A stretch of DNA of 60,033 nt, taken from Bacilli bacterium. Its GTDB lineage: Bacteria; Bacillota_I; Bacilli_A; RF39; UBA660. Below the pieces are notes generated by a model. It saw only the letters and a program-made list of their open reading frames with translations, did no database searches and was not told the DNA's origin. Below are positions 57,930 through 60,033 of the stretch, piece by piece (within the stretch, counting starts at the first letter, position 1; the number at the start of each line of letters is the position of its first letter). The stretch lies in the NCBI GenBank assembly GCA_030531695.1, contig JAUNMV010000003.1:1-60033 (forward strand), read 5' to 3'. The position numbers were made by a program, and so were the translations under genes.

Positions 57930-59015
57930 TTATATATTTCTAGATATATTTAATATTATACCAATCTGTACCATACTAATTAATAGAGATGATCCTCCAT
58001 AAGAAAGAAATGGTAATGTTACTCCTGTTACTGGTATTAAACCTACTACTACACATAGATTTAATATAGCTTGTATTATTATTTGGAAGGTTAATCCAAA
58101 CGCTAAGTATTTACCAAAATGATCAAGACTATTACTTGATATTTTTATTCCTCTATATAGAATAATTATAAATAAAGATACTACTATAAATGAACCTAAT
58201 ACTCCAAATTCTTCGGATATTATAGAAAAAATAAAATCTGTTTGTGGTTCTGGTAGATAGAAATGTTTTTGTATAGAGTTTAAATAACCCGTACCGAATA
58301 ATCCCTTAGGTCCTATAGCGTATAGACTTTGTATTATTTGGAATCCTGTACCTAATGGATCATTCCATGGATTTATAAATGACGTAATTCTATTTAATCT
58401 ATATGGAGCAATTAATATTAGTATTATTACTCCTACTACTCCTATTATACCTGATATTATAAAGAATTTTATATCTATACCAGCTATAAATAATAAAGAT
58501 ATTATTGAGACTACTAGTATTAGTCCTGTACCTAAGTCTGGTTGTAACATTATTAAGCCAAATATAAATAAAGTTATAAATAATATAGGAAATACTCCTT
58601 TAATATAACTTTTTATATATGAAGAACTATTTGTAAGATATTTAGATGTAAATATTATAAGACCTAATTTAGCTGCTTCTGATGGTTGTATTCCAAATGG
58701 TCCTATACCAAACCAACTTCTACTACCATTTCGTATTTTACCTACTCCTGGAATTAATACTAATATTAATAAGATTATACATACTAATAATATTTTATTT
58801 GAGTATTTATAATATAAATTATAATCTATTTTAGAAGTAATAAATAATACTAGTAAACCTATTAATAGAAATATAGATTGGTACTTTAGATAATGAAAGC
58901 TATCATTAAATTTATAATCTGCCCAAATAGATGATGATGAATATATCATCATAAGACCAAAGATAGATAATATAAGTACTGATATTAATAATACTATATC
59001 TGTTTTTTTATTCAT
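57930..59015 (-). CDS. FtsW/RodA/SpoVE family peptidoglycan glycosyltransferase (SEDS)
   Basis: Ten-TM profile with the QPSE, PDLGT and LPFLSYGGSS motifs. Confidence 0.85.
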   Translation of the reverse strand: MNKKTDIVLLISVLILSIFGLMMIYSSSSIWADYKFNDSFHYLKYQSIFLLIGLLVLFITSKIDYNLYYKYSNKILLVCIILLILVLIPGVGKIRNGSRSWFGIGPFGIQPSEAAKLGLIIFTSKYLTNSSSYIKSYIKGVFPILFITLFIFGLIMLQPDLGTGLILVVSIISLLFIAGIDIKFFIISGIIGVVGVIILILIAPYRLNRITSFINPWNDPLGTGFQIIQSLYAIGPKGLFGTGYLNSIQKHFYLPEPQTDFIFSIISEEFGVLGSFIVVSLFIIILYRGIKISSNSLDHFGKYLAFGLTFQIIIQAILNLCVVVGLIPVTGVTLPFLSYGGSSLLISMVQIGIILNISRNI

Positions 59016-59094
59016 ATAAACACCTATTTAAGTATATTAATTATATATAAATATATTCTTATATGGTATAATATGCTCTTGTGGAGGTACTTTT

Positions 59095-59973
59095 ATGAAG
59101 AGTTTATACGTTAATAAGAAAAATATATTTAATCTTTCTAATATAGGTATTACTCTATGTACTATATGTTGTTTAACTACAGGTATTATTGCCTATAAAA
59201 ATAGTAAGCCTAAATCTATTGATTTAGATACTCCTATTAGAGGTTGTGATATATCTAGTCATCAAGTTTATACTAATTGGGATGAAATGGATAAGAATTA
59301 TGACTTTGTGATTATTAAAGCTACTAGTGGTAATGAAGTAGATGAAAAGTTTATTGAGAATTATAATAATGCGAAGAAACATAATATGGATATAGGTATA
59401 TATACTTATAATGTTATGAGTACTGTTAATACTAATAATATGGATGAGTTTATTGATGGTACTAATAAGAGATTAGATATATTAATTGATAATTTAAAAG
59501 ATAAGAAAATTAATTATCCAGTATATTTAGATATAGAATTTTCTAAGACTCCTATTAATGAAGCTTTACCTTATGAATATGCGAATAAGTTAATAGATAT
59601 ATTCTATGATAAGATGACTAATAATGGTTATAAAGCTGGTTTATATACTAATATGAATACTTATAATTATTTAAAAGATAATGTAGATAACTTAGAGAAG
59701 TTAGAACTATGGATTGCTGGTGGTAATAATTATGATACTGTTACTACTTTGGAAAAGACTAATAGTGATAATATTAATTATTCTGATAAGATAAAGATGG
59801 TTCAAAGTTATCAATATGTTGTTAATGGTGGTGCTGGTGATAGTACTGGTCATTTAGATGTAGATTATTCATATGTAGATTATTATGATGTGGACTTTGA
59901 TAGTAAGAATGCTTTAATATCTACTGCTTCTTTAGGTTTAGCAGGGTTAATTTTATATAAAAAAAAGCACTAA
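59095..59973 (+). CDS. GH25 muramidase (lysozyme) with an N-terminal membrane anchor and a C-terminal hydrophobic tail
   Basis: GCDISSHQ...DFVIIKATSGNEVDEKF...GIYTY...YLDIE is the GH25 pattern. An extended -10 (TGGTATAAT) and a GGAGGT RBS lie upstream. Confidence 0.75.
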   Translation: MKSLYVNKKNIFNLSNIGITLCTICCLTTGIIAYKNSKPKSIDLDTPIRGCDISSHQVYTNWDEMDKNYDFVIIKATSGNEVDEKFIENYNNAKKHNMDIGIYTYNVMSTVNTNNMDEFIDGTNKRLDILIDNLKDKKINYPVYLDIEFSKTPINEALPYEYANKLIDIFYDKMTNNGYKAGLYTNMNTYNYLKDNVDNLEKLELWIAGGNNYDTVTTLEKTNSDNINYSDKIKMVQSYQYVVNGGAGDSTGHLDVDYSYVDYYDVDFDSKNALISTASLGLAGLILYKKKH

Positions 59974-60033
59974 TAATATGAACTGCACCCCTTAGAGTAG
60001 ACATTAATAAAAAAGCAGTTTGATAAAAGTGAT

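Noticed and set aside
1040-57943. Listed ORFs lying antisense to or embedded within longer well-supported genes: 1040..1294, 6200..6511, 11024..11305, 20797..21018, 20919..21107, 23814..24032, 25946..26137, 30281..30478, 35423..35626, 36719..36955, 37475..37669, 37571..37846, 37960..38208, 39809..40030, 40073..40306, 42458..42643, 42574..42786, 47783..48034, 50882..51184, 55230..55460, 57398..57592, 57758..57943
   Set aside because: Each overlaps a longer gene with clear family motifs or a good RBS. Their translations are low-complexity (Ser/Leu/Phe/Ile-rich), as expected from the reverse strand of AT-rich coding DNA, and they lack Shine-Dalgarno sequences.
59095-59973. GH25 lysin as a prophage endolysin marker
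   Set aside because: It has its own membrane anchor and promoter, sits next to ftsW/rodA, and has no holin or phage structural genes nearby. It is more likely a cellular autolysin.
1-60033. Mollicutes-type genetic code (TGA read as Trp), considered because of the extreme AT richness
   Set aside because: Conserved Trp positions are encoded by TGG. Long ORFs close cleanly at TGA (for example yceD at 49809..49811). Cell-wall genes (PBP, FtsW/RodA, GH25) and sigK are present, so the standard bacterial code fits.
1-60033. tRNA, rRNA, riboswitch or T-box leaders
   Set aside because: No GC-rich structured segments of suitable length were seen by eye. All 5' intergenic regions are short (mostly under 150 nt). 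This cannot be formally excluded without tRNAscan or Infernal.

Overview
Very AT-rich, Bacillota-type chromosomal window read with the standard code (Trp is TGG and long ORFs stay open across TGA-free frames). Almost all genes lie on the minus strand. Most are conserved housekeeping genes: tmk-like, lepA, hemW, an M16 peptidase pair, ftsK, efp, rpmG, a class B PBP, nfo, trmK, sigA, dnaG, yqeH, yqeG, pro-sigK, an LMW-PTP, addAB, yceD-rpmF, a MYG1-family gene and ftsW/rodA. Accessory blocks are interspersed at about 20.2-22.8 kb, 30.6-38.8 kb and 45.0-49.5 kb. The main theme of these blocks is four proteins with prepilin-type (class III) N-terminal signals. Two are giant modular pilins of about 770 and 970 aa, one carrying Listeria-Bacteroides (Flg_new) repeats and the other Cys-rich HYR-like repeats. 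They are flanked by bitopic membrane proteins and by two Flg_new-bearing tandem paralogs. No pilus assembly ATPase, platform protein or prepilin peptidase is present in the window. Other notable points:
- L32 (rpmF) has a 9-residue N-terminal extension that closely mimics the Prp-cleaved L27 propeptide.
- The 3' end of the LMW-PTP gene is triplicated as a 113-bp tandem repeat.
- Three small tandem paralogs, two of them 4-Cys zinc ribbons, sit upstream of lepA.
- A 27-aa hydrophobic sORF has its own near-consensus promoter.
- A GHL10 lipoprotein gene is disrupted.
- rpmG is missing from the ORF track because it is shorter than 60 aa.
No tRNA, rRNA, CRISPR array, transposase or integrase was recognised.
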